Below, piece by piece: positions 8,653 to 18,330 of a stretch of 43,481 nt of DNA. The stretch comes from Chitinophagales bacterium (GTDB lineage: Bacteria; Bacteroidota; Bacteroidia; Chitinophagales; UBA10324). The notes under the pieces are model-generated. The model was not told where the DNA came from. It did not search any database and saw only the letters and a list, made by a program, of their open reading frames with translations. The position numbers were made by a program, and so were the translations under genes. Numbering within the stretch: the stretch's first letter is position 1; each line of letters begins with the position of its first letter. The DNA lies in the NCBI GenBank assembly GCA_039920305.1, contig JBDSEA010000035.1:1-43481 (forward strand), read 5' to 3'.

Positions 8653-8890
8653 GACCATGCTTCAGTGAATGAATGATATTTTCCGGGTTGCTTCAAGCTA
8701 ATCGTCAATAGGCTAATCAATTTTACAACAATGTTAGAGATCCCGAACTGTCCATGATTGATAATCAAGGCTATAATTAAGTTTTCAGAAATATCTTTCT
8801 TGATTCCTTCCCTTTATTATTTGTTTCATCTTGTGACAAGCCCGTTACCATGGGATAAGTTAAAAATGGCTATACAAAATGTAATCTGCA

Positions 8891-10315
8891 TTATTCTATA
8901 ATAACTTTTTGAACATATTTACCATGGTCAGTATCTGCAATAACGAGATAAATTCCTACGGGAAGATCACCTGCAGATATGGCTACAGAGTTCAATCCCT
9001 GTACAATTTCAAAATTTTTTTCAAAAACTTTTTGTCCGAGGGAATTGATCATTTCTATGGCAACTACGGATTTTTGATCACTGCTGAATTGAATAGTAAA
9101 ATCTGAATGCGCAGGATTCGGATAAATCACCATTGACCGGTGTGTTGCTTCTGACCAAATGGAAAATTTTCCATCAAACGGCATGGAAGAATCGGTTATG
9201 TGATAAATAGTTCCATCAACAAGGGAAGCAACATATAGCTCTCCGTTTAGATCTTCCCCAAATGAAGAATATGCATATTGCAATCCTGTCAGCAGAAAAA
9301 CATTTTGCCAGGTTCCACCCGAATTATATACTGCTCTGAAATTTCCACTGCAGTAATCGGTATAAAGATATTTGCCCGCCATATTGGGGTACAATGCTCC
9401 CCTGTAAACATAGCCGCCGGTGATCGAGCAGTCAGGATTATGCGGATACTCCACGACCGGGAAAATATATTCTGAGGCTGCACCACAACCGTTATTGTTG
9501 TAAACATGATTGCCCTCATAGCATCGCCATCCATAATTTTCACCGCCTGCAGATCCAGCCGCCTGGTAATCCACCTCTTCATATAAATTCTGACCTACAT
9601 CACCAATCCATAAGTCCCCTGTAGCGCGATCGAAACTAAACCGCCAGGGATTACGCAGGCCGAGCGCCCATATTTCATTACGGTAGCCTGGAGTATTTAT
9701 AAAGGGATTGCCTGATGGAATGGTGTAAGGAAGTCCATTATCTACGTTAATGCGCAGCATTTTTCCCAGCAACTTATCGGGGCTCTGAGCATTGTTGAAT
9801 GGATCGCCGCTGCCTCCGCCGTCACCCATTCCAATGTATAGATTTCCGTCTGGTCCAAACTTCAGGCAACCTCCATTGTGGTTGTCAAAAGGCTGCGCAA
9901 TAACGAGCAACTTAGTCTCACTGTTTATTTTAGCCTTGTTGGAATCAACTGCATTTACCTTATACCGCGCAATTACTGTTCTTTTCTTATTACTGATGTA
10001 ATTCACATAAAAAAATCCATTGCTTTTATAATCGGGATGAAATACAAGCCCAAGCAGGCCTTGCTCACTCCCGGCAGAAAAAACTTTACTGGTAATGTCA
10101 AGAAAAGGATTGGCCTTCTTGTTTCCATTCGCATCACAAATCCATATTTTACCGGTGCGTTCTACAATAAACAGGCGATTATCTCCACAGTTTTCTATAT
10201 CAACAGCGTTAGCGTATCCCGATGAAAAAGATTGCAGGCTCAGCACAGGATTCTGAGCCGTTGTATTGAAAGCAGAAAATACAACGGGGATGATAAGGAA
10301 GCAGTAGTTTTTCAT
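8891..10315 (-). CDS. PQQ-dependent sugar (glucose/sorbosone) dehydrogenase-family beta-propeller with a T9SS type-A C-terminal sorting domain.
   Basis: It has a signal peptide and GSDH-like motifs (EQGLLGLVFHPDY, HNGGCLKFGPDGNLYIGMGDGG, NPWRFSFD). The last roughly 79 aa (VIYPNPAHSDFTIQF...GIYLVIADTDHGKYVQKVIIE) form a typical T9SS CTD. Confidence 0.85.
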   Translation of the reverse strand: MKNYCFLIIPVVFSAFNTTAQNPVLSLQSFSSGYANAVDIENCGDNRLFIVERTGKIWICDANGNKKANPFLDITSKVFSAGSEQGLLGLVFHPDYKSNGFFYVNYISNKKRTVIARYKVNAVDSNKAKINSETKLLVIAQPFDNHNGGCLKFGPDGNLYIGMGDGGGSGDPFNNAQSPDKLLGKMLRINVDNGLPYTIPSGNPFINTPGYRNEIWALGLRNPWRFSFDRATGDLWIGDVGQNLYEEVDYQAAGSAGGENYGWRCYEGNHVYNNNGCGAASEYIFPVVEYPHNPDCSITGGYVYRGALYPNMAGKYLYTDYCSGNFRAVYNSGGTWQNVFLLTGLQYAYSSFGEDLNGELYVASLVDGTIYHITDSSMPFDGKFSIWSEATHRSMVIYPNPAHSDFTIQFSSDQKSVVAIEMINSLGQKVFEKNFEIVQGLNSVAISAGDLPVGIYLVIADTDHGKYVQKVIIE

Positions 10316-10407
10316 ATTTATAATTTTGCCTTAAAATTAATAAGGTGTAACCATTTTATTTCATTACCAGCAAATAAAATTCAGGGGAATATCAAACACC
10401 CCGTAAA

Positions 10408-11562
10408 TCATTCCATAGCACTTGCAATACAATCCCAAAGGTGGTCGGCAGTATTTTGCCAGGTAAATCTTTGCCTTTGAATCTTTCCTGCAGCGATCAA
10501 ACTACTTCGAAGCAAGGGATTTTCATAAACCTTTCTCATGGCAGCGGCTATTTCGTCTGTATGATGTGGATTTACAAGCAGGCCTGCCTCCCCGGCTACC
10601 TCCGGCATTGAAGAAACATTGGAGGTAATTACAGGCACATTACAATTCATTGCTTCAACAATGGGAATTCCGAACCCCTCAAAGAGGGAAACATATACGA
10701 GAGCAATAGCGCCACCCATGAGGCGGGAAAGATCTACCCTGGAAAGATGACCTGTAAAAATCACATCATCCTTATAATCCAGAGCCGCCCAAACCTTGAT
10801 AGCCTCATGGTAATCCCAGTTTCTACCTGCCATTACAAGCTTTACCCCTGACGAAGTTTGCCGTTTAAATTCATCGAATGCAAGAAAAAGGTTGATTGAG
10901 TTTTTTCGCGGTTGTATTGCACCCGCATAAATAAAATAATCTGCCCCCTGTGTGAAATCCTGCTTAACCTTTACTTTGTCTGTTTCTGAAAGCGGGTGAA
11001 AAAATTCATTCGACCCATTGCCGGTTACATCAATCTTCTTTTCCTCTATCTTATATTTTGCTATTACATCCTGTTTGGTAAATTCTGAGACAGTAGCGAT
11101 ACGGGTGGCTTTTCGCACATAGCGTGGTGTGAAATAGCAATAATAGCGTAAGGAAAGCGCATCGAGGTGATCGTTGAAATGCTCAAATGCCAGATCATGA
11201 ATCACCATTATCTGCCTGCAATGTGTGTGCAGAGAGCAATAGCCATCAGGAGATAGAAAGGCATCGGGCTGAATTTTCTTTAACGCGTTTGGGACCGCAA
11301 ACTCAAACCACCAGTACCAAAGTAATGGATGGCGGGCAGGCGGAAACAAAACAAGGGGAGTTACGTTAGCAGAAAAAATAAACTCAGGGTGAAACTTCCT
11401 GTCGAAAAGAAAAAAAAATTCATGCTCGGGATGCTGCACAGTGATCCTTTTCAGTGATTCATAAGTGAACCAGCCGATGCCTTCGAGTTTATTCTTAATT
11501 AGAAAGCGTGTATTAACAGCAATTTTCAAGCGTGGAAAATTGTAACAAAGAACGGAAAGCAC
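10408..11562 (-). CDS. Glycosyltransferase, family 4 (GT-B fold).
   Basis: The C-terminal GT1/GT4 signature is present: LVYVSLFEGFGIPIVEAMNCNVPVITSNVSSMPEVAG. Confidence 0.85.
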   Translation of the reverse strand: MLSVLCYNFPRLKIAVNTRFLIKNKLEGIGWFTYESLKRITVQHPEHEFFFLFDRKFHPEFIFSANVTPLVLFPPARHPLLWYWWFEFAVPNALKKIQPDAFLSPDGYCSLHTHCRQIMVIHDLAFEHFNDHLDALSLRYYCYFTPRYVRKATRIATVSEFTKQDVIAKYKIEEKKIDVTGNGSNEFFHPLSETDKVKVKQDFTQGADYFIYAGAIQPRKNSINLFLAFDEFKRQTSSGVKLVMAGRNWDYHEAIKVWAALDYKDDVIFTGHLSRVDLSRLMGGAIALVYVSLFEGFGIPIVEAMNCNVPVITSNVSSMPEVAGEAGLLVNPHHTDEIAAAMRKVYENPLLRSSLIAAGKIQRQRFTWQNTADHLWDCIASAME

Positions 11563-11749
11563 TCTGAGAGTTTTACAAAAAATGCATCCGGCTTTTGTTT
11601 AAGCATAAGGTGGCTATTTTAGGATCTGTTTTAAGAAACTTAATTTGAAACCATACAGGCAGAGGTTCGTGGCTGAAAACAAATTTGCGGGAATCATCAG
11701 CCAGGCTATACCTTTTCGCACTAATGTTTGAATAACTATTCAAAAAAGG

Positions 11750-13192
11750 ATGCATAAATTTTTTTTCAGAAATCTTGCTTTTCTCATTGGAATCAATCTC
11801 ATCATCAAGCCCCTGTGGATTTTTGGTATTGACCGAACCGTTCAGAATACGGTTGGGGCCGAAAGCTATGGCCTCTATTTCGTGCTGATGAATCTCTCAT
11901 TTCTCACCCAGATTTTTCTCGATTTCGGCATCAGCAATTATAACAACCGCGTTATCGCCCGGCAGGAACATTTGCTTACAATCCATCTTTCCAATATTTT
12001 CAGCATCAAGCTTTTTCTATCTGGAATTTACCTGATTATTACCGGCATTATTGCATTAGCACTTGATTATTCAGGCTATCAGCTGTATCTCTTATTGCTT
12101 ATTTGCGGAAACCAGATACTTGCCTCACTCATAGTATATGTGCGCTCGAACATTTCAGCACTCCATCATTTCAAAGTTGACAGTATTTTCTCAGTTATGG
12201 ATAAAGCTTTGATGCTTTTAATCTGCGGAGTGCTGCTGATCGTCCCTTCACTTCAGGCGCAATTTATTATTGAGTGGTTTGTGTACGCACAGTTATTCTC
12301 GTACTTCGTTACTTTCATAATTGCCCTGATCTACGTTCTTAGCATTTCAGGAAGAATATCCCTTGACTTTTCACGCTCCTTTTCAATTGATCTTATCAGA
12401 AATTCCTTTCCCTTTGCCCTGCTGATTGCCCTCATGATGATTTATGGAAAGGTGGATGGCGTGATGCTCCAAAACTTATTGCCACTTGAGGGCCACTTTG
12501 AAGCGGGATTATATGCTTCTGCTTATCGCCTGCTTGATGCCTTCAATCAGTTCGGGTACCTGTTTGCTGTTCTCCTGCTGCCGATATTTACACGCCTGCT
12601 CTCTAATAAGCAATCAGTTGAAATATTAGTGAAAACGAGTTTTACAGTGATCTTCATTATTTCGGTGATTGTTTCAGCGGGGTTGAGTTTTTATTCAAAA
12701 CCGGTGATGACCCTGCTTTACAACGAAAATCCCGGTTATTCTGCCATGCTGCTTCACTACCTGATCTTTTGCTTTATTGGCACATGTGCTGTATATATTT
12801 TCGGTACCTTGCTTACAGCCAACGGAAATCTGTATCTGCTCTGTGTCGTTTCAGCAGTTGCTGTCGGAGTAAATTTTTTATTAAACCTTTATTTGATTCC
12901 AAAGCTGAAAGCATTAGGAGCGGCAGAAACTGCAACATTTACTCAGCTTCTGACTGCTGCCTTAACCATTTTTGCGGCTGTCAAAATTTTTAAATGGCGA
13001 ATGAATATAAAATTGATTTTCCGCCTACTCATATTTTTACTCGCCACTATGATGATTTTCTGGATAAGCAGGCAGGTTGATGCTTCCTGGATCATCTGCG
13101 CGGTATCTGCCGTAGTCGCCAGTATCTATTTCTCATTCCTGATCAGGCTGATAAACGTGAGAAGTATTTTCGCTTTGGCAAGAACTGTATAA
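11750..13192 (+). CDS. Polysaccharide/oligosaccharide flippase (Wzx-like, MOP superfamily).
   Basis: It is a 480-aa polytopic membrane protein with about 12 or more hydrophobic segments. Its position beside Wzz-like and Wzy/ligase-like genes supports the call. Confidence 0.75.
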   Translation: MHKFFFRNLAFLIGINLIIKPLWIFGIDRTVQNTVGAESYGLYFVLMNLSFLTQIFLDFGISNYNNRVIARQEHLLTIHLSNIFSIKLFLSGIYLIITGIIALALDYSGYQLYLLLLICGNQILASLIVYVRSNISALHHFKVDSIFSVMDKALMLLICGVLLIVPSLQAQFIIEWFVYAQLFSYFVTFIIALIYVLSISGRISLDFSRSFSIDLIRNSFPFALLIALMMIYGKVDGVMLQNLLPLEGHFEAGLYASAYRLLDAFNQFGYLFAVLLLPIFTRLLSNKQSVEILVKTSFTVIFIISVIVSAGLSFYSKPVMTLLYNENPGYSAMLLHYLIFCFIGTCAVYIFGTLLTANGNLYLLCVVSAVAVGVNFLLNLYLIPKLKALGAAETATFTQLLTAALTIFAAVKIFKWRMNIKLIFRLLIFLLATMMIFWISRQVDASWIICAVSAVVASIYFSFLIRLINVRSIFALARTV

Positions 13193-13248
13193 GACAAAGG
13201 ATTCGGAAATGTATTTTTCTATCTTCGCAAAAATTTTTTTAACCCTTC

Positions 13249-14217
13249 ATGGAGCAATCATTAAACCTGTTATCTTTTTTCAAAGTCATTTGGAAGTGGA
13301 GGAAACCAATCTTAATTGTTGAAGGAATAGCACTTGCAGGTAGCATCATAATTTCTGATCCGCACATCATGCCCCCATATTACCAGGCGGGCTCATCTTT
13401 TTATCCGTTGAATCCCAATATGACAAGCAGCGGAACTTTATTTTCCGGCGGCGACAATTATATGTTTGGCGGAAGCAGCGATGTGGACCGGGTTCTGTCT
13501 ATTGCGGGCTCGGCTCCCCTCAAGCTGTACATTGTAAATAAATTTCATCTTTTCGAGCATTATAAAATAGATTCAGCAAAGGAAACGTATCCCATGTACA
13601 CCGTATTAAAGGATTTCGATAAAAACTATATCTACCAAAAAAATGACAAGGGCGCGGTAACCATAAATATACTTGATCATGACCGTTTTCTTGCAGCACA
13701 GATGGTAAATGAAATCGTGAATAAAGTGGATCAGATTAACCGCGATTTACTCAATGAAAATAAAAACCAGATTCTCGCGATTTACCAGAACAAGCTTAAG
13801 AACAAGGAAAAGGAGGTGAAGGATTTAACAGATACAATTTTCAATCTTAAGCAGAAGTATAATCTTTATACTGATATTGATGACCTCCCTGCTCAAATAA
13901 AGGATGCTCAAAGCTCAACAGGATCAGCTTATGATGCTGCATCAGAGAGAGTGAAGGTGATGGAGGAAAAAAAGAAAGGAGCCATCCGGGAATTGAATAA
14001 CAATATTGTACAATTCGAGCAATACAGTGCCTCAATCACCAGTGATGTTCCCACATTGTTTATTCTTGAGAAAGCTTTTCCCGCTGAAAGGAAATCGAAG
14101 CCTATTCGGTGGATAATTGTGCTCGGTTCGTTGCTGGTGGCTTTCATATTAGCTTCACTGGCTGTTCTTTTAATTGAACGCTCCAAGTCTATCAAAGAAG
14201 CTTTCAGAAATGCATAG
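13249..14217 (+). CDS. Wzz-like polysaccharide chain-length determinant protein.
   Basis: An N-terminal TM (ILIVEGIALAGSIII) and a C-terminal TM (IIVLGSLLVAFILASLAVLLI) flank a charged coiled-coil region. This is the topology of Wzz/GumC-type co-polymerases. Confidence 0.6.
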   Translation: MEQSLNLLSFFKVIWKWRKPILIVEGIALAGSIIISDPHIMPPYYQAGSSFYPLNPNMTSSGTLFSGGDNYMFGGSSDVDRVLSIAGSAPLKLYIVNKFHLFEHYKIDSAKETYPMYTVLKDFDKNYIYQKNDKGAVTINILDHDRFLAAQMVNEIVNKVDQINRDLLNENKNQILAIYQNKLKNKEKEVKDLTDTIFNLKQKYNLYTDIDDLPAQIKDAQSSTGSAYDAASERVKVMEEKKKGAIRELNNNIVQFEQYSASITSDVPTLFILEKAFPAERKSKPIRWIIVLGSLLVAFILASLAVLLIERSKSIKEAFRNA

Positions 14218-15694
14218 CGGCAATGCCTTATTAAATAACCGATTTTCTGAAAAAGCATCCGGGCTGATATTTTATATTTTCAGTTCCATCATTCTTATTT
14301 CCCTTGCCGTAAGCATATACTCAGAGAATTATTACCTGTTACTCATTCCATCCGGGATTTTATTTCTTTATCTCAGCCTGATTAATATCAAATTCATTTA
14401 TTTCCTGCTTCTGATAACCATTCCATTAAGCATAGAAATTCAGTTGCCAAATGGCTTTGCAACTGACTTTCCAACGGAGTTGCTCACAGGAGGCCTGATG
14501 ATACTTTTTATCACGCTAGTACTTGCAAAGCCTCAAATTTTTAACATCGATTTTTTGAAGAGCCCTTTATTTTTCCTCGTGGTCATCCATTATGTATGGA
14601 TTCTTATCACTTCAATTTTCTCAGAAGATGCCTATGTCTCATTTAAATTTTTTCTTGCCAAAACCTGGTACCTCACCACATTTTTGTTTGTAACTGCCAT
14701 CATCATAAAAAGAGTGGAGGATTTTAAAATTGCATTCTGGTGCCTGCTTATACCATTGCTTTTTACAATGGTGTATACGCTGGTGAACCATGCAAAAACC
14801 GGCTTTACATTTCAAACAGTTAATACACCCATGCTGCCATTTTTTCGCAATCATGTTAACTATGCGTGCAGCATTGCACAAATGATACCTCTCTCTGTAC
14901 TTGCAGTGAGCTGGTATAGAAAAAGAACTTTAAAAAGAAGATTTCTGATTATTTCTATCCTCTTAATGCTTGTGGCAGTTTATTTTTCATATACCCGGTC
15001 AGCCTGGCTTTCATTGTTAGCAGCGGCTATGGTAATTGCCGTGATCAGGTTTAAGCTGATGAAGCCGGCAGTGATAGTTGCCTTTGCAGGAAGCATCTGT
15101 TTTTTTATTTACATGGGGATTAATAATCATTACCTCACCCATGCCCCGGACTATGAAACCACGGTCTATCACACTGATCTCTCTCAGCATTTGGAATCAA
15201 CTTTTGAGGGGAAGGATATTTCGAGTGCTGAAAGAATCTACCGCTGGGTTGCCGGCATCAGGATGTGGATGGAGCATCCTGTAATGGGTTTTGGTCCCGG
15301 CAACTTCAACAATTTTTATAAGGCATTTACCGTAAGCAGCTTCCGGACCTATGTGAGCGATAATCCTGAGCGGTCGTCAATTCACAATTACTTCTTGCTT
15401 GTGCTCACTGAGCAGGGCTTGATCGGGATGATCATTTTTGTTGCGCTCACAGTCGTAATTTTTATAAATGGCGAGCGCATCTATTTTCAAACTGTAGTGA
15501 AGGAAGAAAGACGTTATGTACTGGCGCTTCTTCTGTGCCTTGTGATCATTTATGTAAATACTTTTTTGAGTGACCTGCTAGAAACTGACAAGATCGGATC
15601 GCTTTATTTTATTTGTATCGCCCTGTTGATTAACCAGGACATCCGGAACAAAAAGCAGGCAAATATTTCAGTTGCTCAATCCACATTGAGTTAA
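14209..15694 (+). CDS. O-antigen ligase/polymerase family membrane protein (Wzy_C-like).
   Basis: It is a polytopic membrane protein with a SYTRSAWLSLLAAA-type loop motif. I place the start at ATG 14209, which forms an ATGCATAG overlap with the upstream stop. The ORF track gives 14174. Confidence 0.7.
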
Positions 15695-16686
15695 CCTGCA
15701 TTTGAAGGCTCCAATTGATTTACCTCCTTATTGATCCCTATAGATGAAACGAGGTAGCAATGGCTGACGGCAACATCCCGGAGAGAACCCGTTTTATACT
15801 TTTCAGTTAGGTGAATTGATTGAAGTTCCTGCAGATCACCTTCTCTTACACTTTCAATATTGATGGGTATCCCAAGATCTGCATACATCGTTCTATACTC
15901 ATGTACACGAAGTCTGTTTTGGGGCTGGATGCGATTGTCAATCAGTTTCCATTGACGATCACTGAACTTCAAAAAATTGTAAATGGTAATAGATTTATCA
16001 AAGTGAGCAAAATGATCACTCATATCAATGAAGTGAGAAAGGACACCGTCAGGCTTAATTACTCTTTTCAATTCTTTTAATATTCCCATGAGTACGTCAG
16101 GATAGATATGCTCAAAGGTGTTGTTTGAAGTAACCAATCCAATCTCATTGTCTTTTAAGAATGGCATATTGCGTGCGTCGCCAATTTTAAAGTGAATCTG
16201 TAACTCGCTGCAAAGCTTTTCAAAAACAGTTGTGTTGCTTTGCTGAAGGATTTCAATAAGTCGTTGAAATTTTTGTGGCTGATAGCTCAAATAACACTGA
16301 AGAATTCCATTATTATGGTATACCACAAACTTCTGAAGCGTTAAAATCAATCGCTTTTTATTTGTGAGCGCACTAATATCAATAGAATAAATTTTTTCTG
16401 CTCCCGTAAGGAACATACTAACCGGTACCACGGGATACCACCCCGTACCTATTTCTAAAAATGATTCCGGCCGGCTGTTCCCTGTTATTACGGCAGAAAA
16501 ATGAAGATGATTCTTAGCATGCTCTAACCGGTCAATGAAATATTCATCTGTAAGCAATATACCTTTTGTCACCCACTTTTGAAATAATTCATTGATGGAA
16601 TGACTAAAAGGTAAAAAGGAAACTGCTTTTTGTACCAGAGCTTTAGCAATCCATTTCTTCATACTTAAATTCTGAGACTTTACCAC
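15691..16686 (-). CDS. Class I SAM-dependent methyltransferase.
   Basis: Motif I (FLEIGTGWYP) and the post-motif KPDGVL are present. The start is uncertain: GTG at 16686 or ATG at 16662 (MKKWIAKAL). Confidence 0.8.
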   Translation of the reverse strand: MVKSQNLSMKKWIAKALVQKAVSFLPFSHSINELFQKWVTKGILLTDEYFIDRLEHAKNHLHFSAVITGNSRPESFLEIGTGWYPVVPVSMFLTGAEKIYSIDISALTNKKRLILTLQKFVVYHNNGILQCYLSYQPQKFQRLIEILQQSNTTVFEKLCSELQIHFKIGDARNMPFLKDNEIGLVTSNNTFEHIYPDVLMGILKELKRVIKPDGVLSHFIDMSDHFAHFDKSITIYNFLKFSDRQWKLIDNRIQPQNRLRVHEYRTMYADLGIPINIESVREGDLQELQSIHLTEKYKTGSLRDVAVSHCYLVSSIGINKEVNQLEPSNAG

Positions 16687-16695
16687 CTTCCATGA

Positions 16696-17955
16696 TCATA
16701 CTTCCGGAGCCGGAACTCTGCATGTAAGCAAGCTAATGTCATCATTAATCATCTTTACTCCTTTATATGAAATGATGTGATCAACCATTGCATTGTTCAG
16801 TTGCAAAGGTGGCAATTGAGCATTTTGACGAAGGAAATCAACAAGGTGACTTACATCGAGTGTATCCCCTTCGTCATTGTGTATATCAATCAGGCCATCC
16901 GTATAGCAGAATAATAAAAACTCGCTGGCAAGATAAATCTTTTGCAAATGAACATAGGGCAATTTCTCAAACATTCCAAGAATAGTACATCCCTCATTCA
17001 GTAATGTTGTTTCACCGTTATGCATCAGTATCGGCGGATTATGCCCGGCATTTACATATTCAAGAACCCGGGTAGCATGATTATACCTTGCCAGAAACAA
17101 AGTAATAAATTTTTCTCCCCGGGTAATATCGTTGACGCGCGCGTTTAGATTTTCAATGAGGGTATGAAGCAAGCTGCCTTTTTCAGCATATGAACGGAGG
17201 CTTGCCTGGAAGCTGGCCATGAGTAATGCTGCCGCTACACCTTTTCCTGAAATATCTGCAATACAGAATATGCATTCATCCTCACCCAGCTCAAAATAAT
17301 CATAGAAATCACCACCTACTTCCTGATGGGGCAGATAGGTGCCTGCCATAGTAATACGATCATTGTCAGGAAGCTTTCCGGGAATCAGCATGATCTGCAT
17401 CTGACCAGCCATCTCCATTTCACTCTTTAAAAACTTCTGCTTCATCTGCAAACGAAAGAGTTTTTTATTCTCGATTGCTACAGCAATAACGCTCGAAAGC
17501 GTCTGAATGTAATTAAGCTGCTTGTCCAGAGGTACATGATCTTCGTGCACCGAGTCAACAAACGTAAATGCCAGAGGCATTTCTTTATGATACATTGGAA
17601 CTACAACTTCAAAGTGCTCTGCCAATGGGTGATTTATTCTGTCAAGATGCGTAATCTGCCTGAATGAAAGCAAATGTTTGCATAGCAGATCTTCAGCCTT
17701 TTTGCAGTCAATGCCATGAGCATTGGTGCACACCCAGTCATTAATGTGAATGAAAATGGCAAGTTTCTTAACCCCTAATTTTTTTACAAGAATATTCTCA
17801 AACAACTTAAGCAGTCCCCTAGCAGAAACATTACTGTTAATGGCCTGTGTTATCTGTAGCAATGAATTCAGTTGCTCCTCTTTTAAGTTCAGGAGGCGCT
17901 CGAATTCTCCGGTTTCAGATTCTATATGGAATGCAGCAGGGTTCACTGGTTTCAA
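16696..17955 (-). CDS. GAF-domain PP2C/SpoIIE-family serine phosphatase.
   Basis: An N-terminal GAF-like region of about 170 aa is followed by PP2C_SIG motifs GGDFYDYF, ADISGKGVAAALLMA and NAGHNPP. Confidence 0.85.
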   Translation of the reverse strand: MKPVNPAAFHIESETGEFERLLNLKEEQLNSLLQITQAINSNVSARGLLKLFENILVKKLGVKKLAIFIHINDWVCTNAHGIDCKKAEDLLCKHLLSFRQITHLDRINHPLAEHFEVVVPMYHKEMPLAFTFVDSVHEDHVPLDKQLNYIQTLSSVIAVAIENKKLFRLQMKQKFLKSEMEMAGQMQIMLIPGKLPDNDRITMAGTYLPHQEVGGDFYDYFELGEDECIFCIADISGKGVAAALLMASFQASLRSYAEKGSLLHTLIENLNARVNDITRGEKFITLFLARYNHATRVLEYVNAGHNPPILMHNGETTLLNEGCTILGMFEKLPYVHLQKIYLASEFLLFCYTDGLIDIHNDEGDTLDVSHLVDFLRQNAQLPPLQLNNAMVDHIISYKGVKMINDDISLLTCRVPAPEV

Positions 17956-18063
17956 CTCATTTATTTACTTTCTACCCAAAGTTCACGAAGGCACTCATTT
18001 GAATAACGGCTATTATACACAATTTGATGACAGGTGATGTAAAGAATATTGCAATTTACCTCG

Positions 18064-18330
18064 TTAGTTTATGCTGTTATGAAGGATCAATCCTTTTTTT
18101 GATGCTACAAAAAATGATTTTTCAAGCGCCGGATAATCCGGAGTTTCCAGTTTTTCCTCCTTGCCTGCATTCATTTTTACCTGAATAATTAATTCATTTT
18201 CCAGAAGATGCTTCATCCCTGCTATTATCAAATCCTTGCTTTCCCCTAAATTTTCAATCACGCTTTCGAAAGAGGAGAGAAAGTACAACTCATCGAGAAT
18301 GCGGTATTCCATCTCTGTTAGTGAATTCAT
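18064..18330 (-). CDS. Small conserved-looking cytoplasmic protein (88 aa), possibly winged-helix-like, translationally coupled to the upstream GT2.
   Basis: The ATG at 18330-18328 overlaps the GT2 stop TGA at 18329-18327 in an ATGA junction. The sequence begins MNSLTEMEYRILDELYF.... There is no signal peptide or TM helix. Confidence 0.5.
   Translation of the reverse strand: MNSLTEMEYRILDELYFLSSFESVIENLGESKDLIIAGMKHLLENELIIQVKMNAGKEEKLETPDYPALEKSFFVASKKGLILHNSIN

Noticed and set aside
11573-11755. A 60-aa minus-strand ORF in the GT4/flippase divergent promoter region.
   Set aside because: It fills the whole regulatory spacer, overlaps the flippase start, and shows no motifs or plausible signal sequence.
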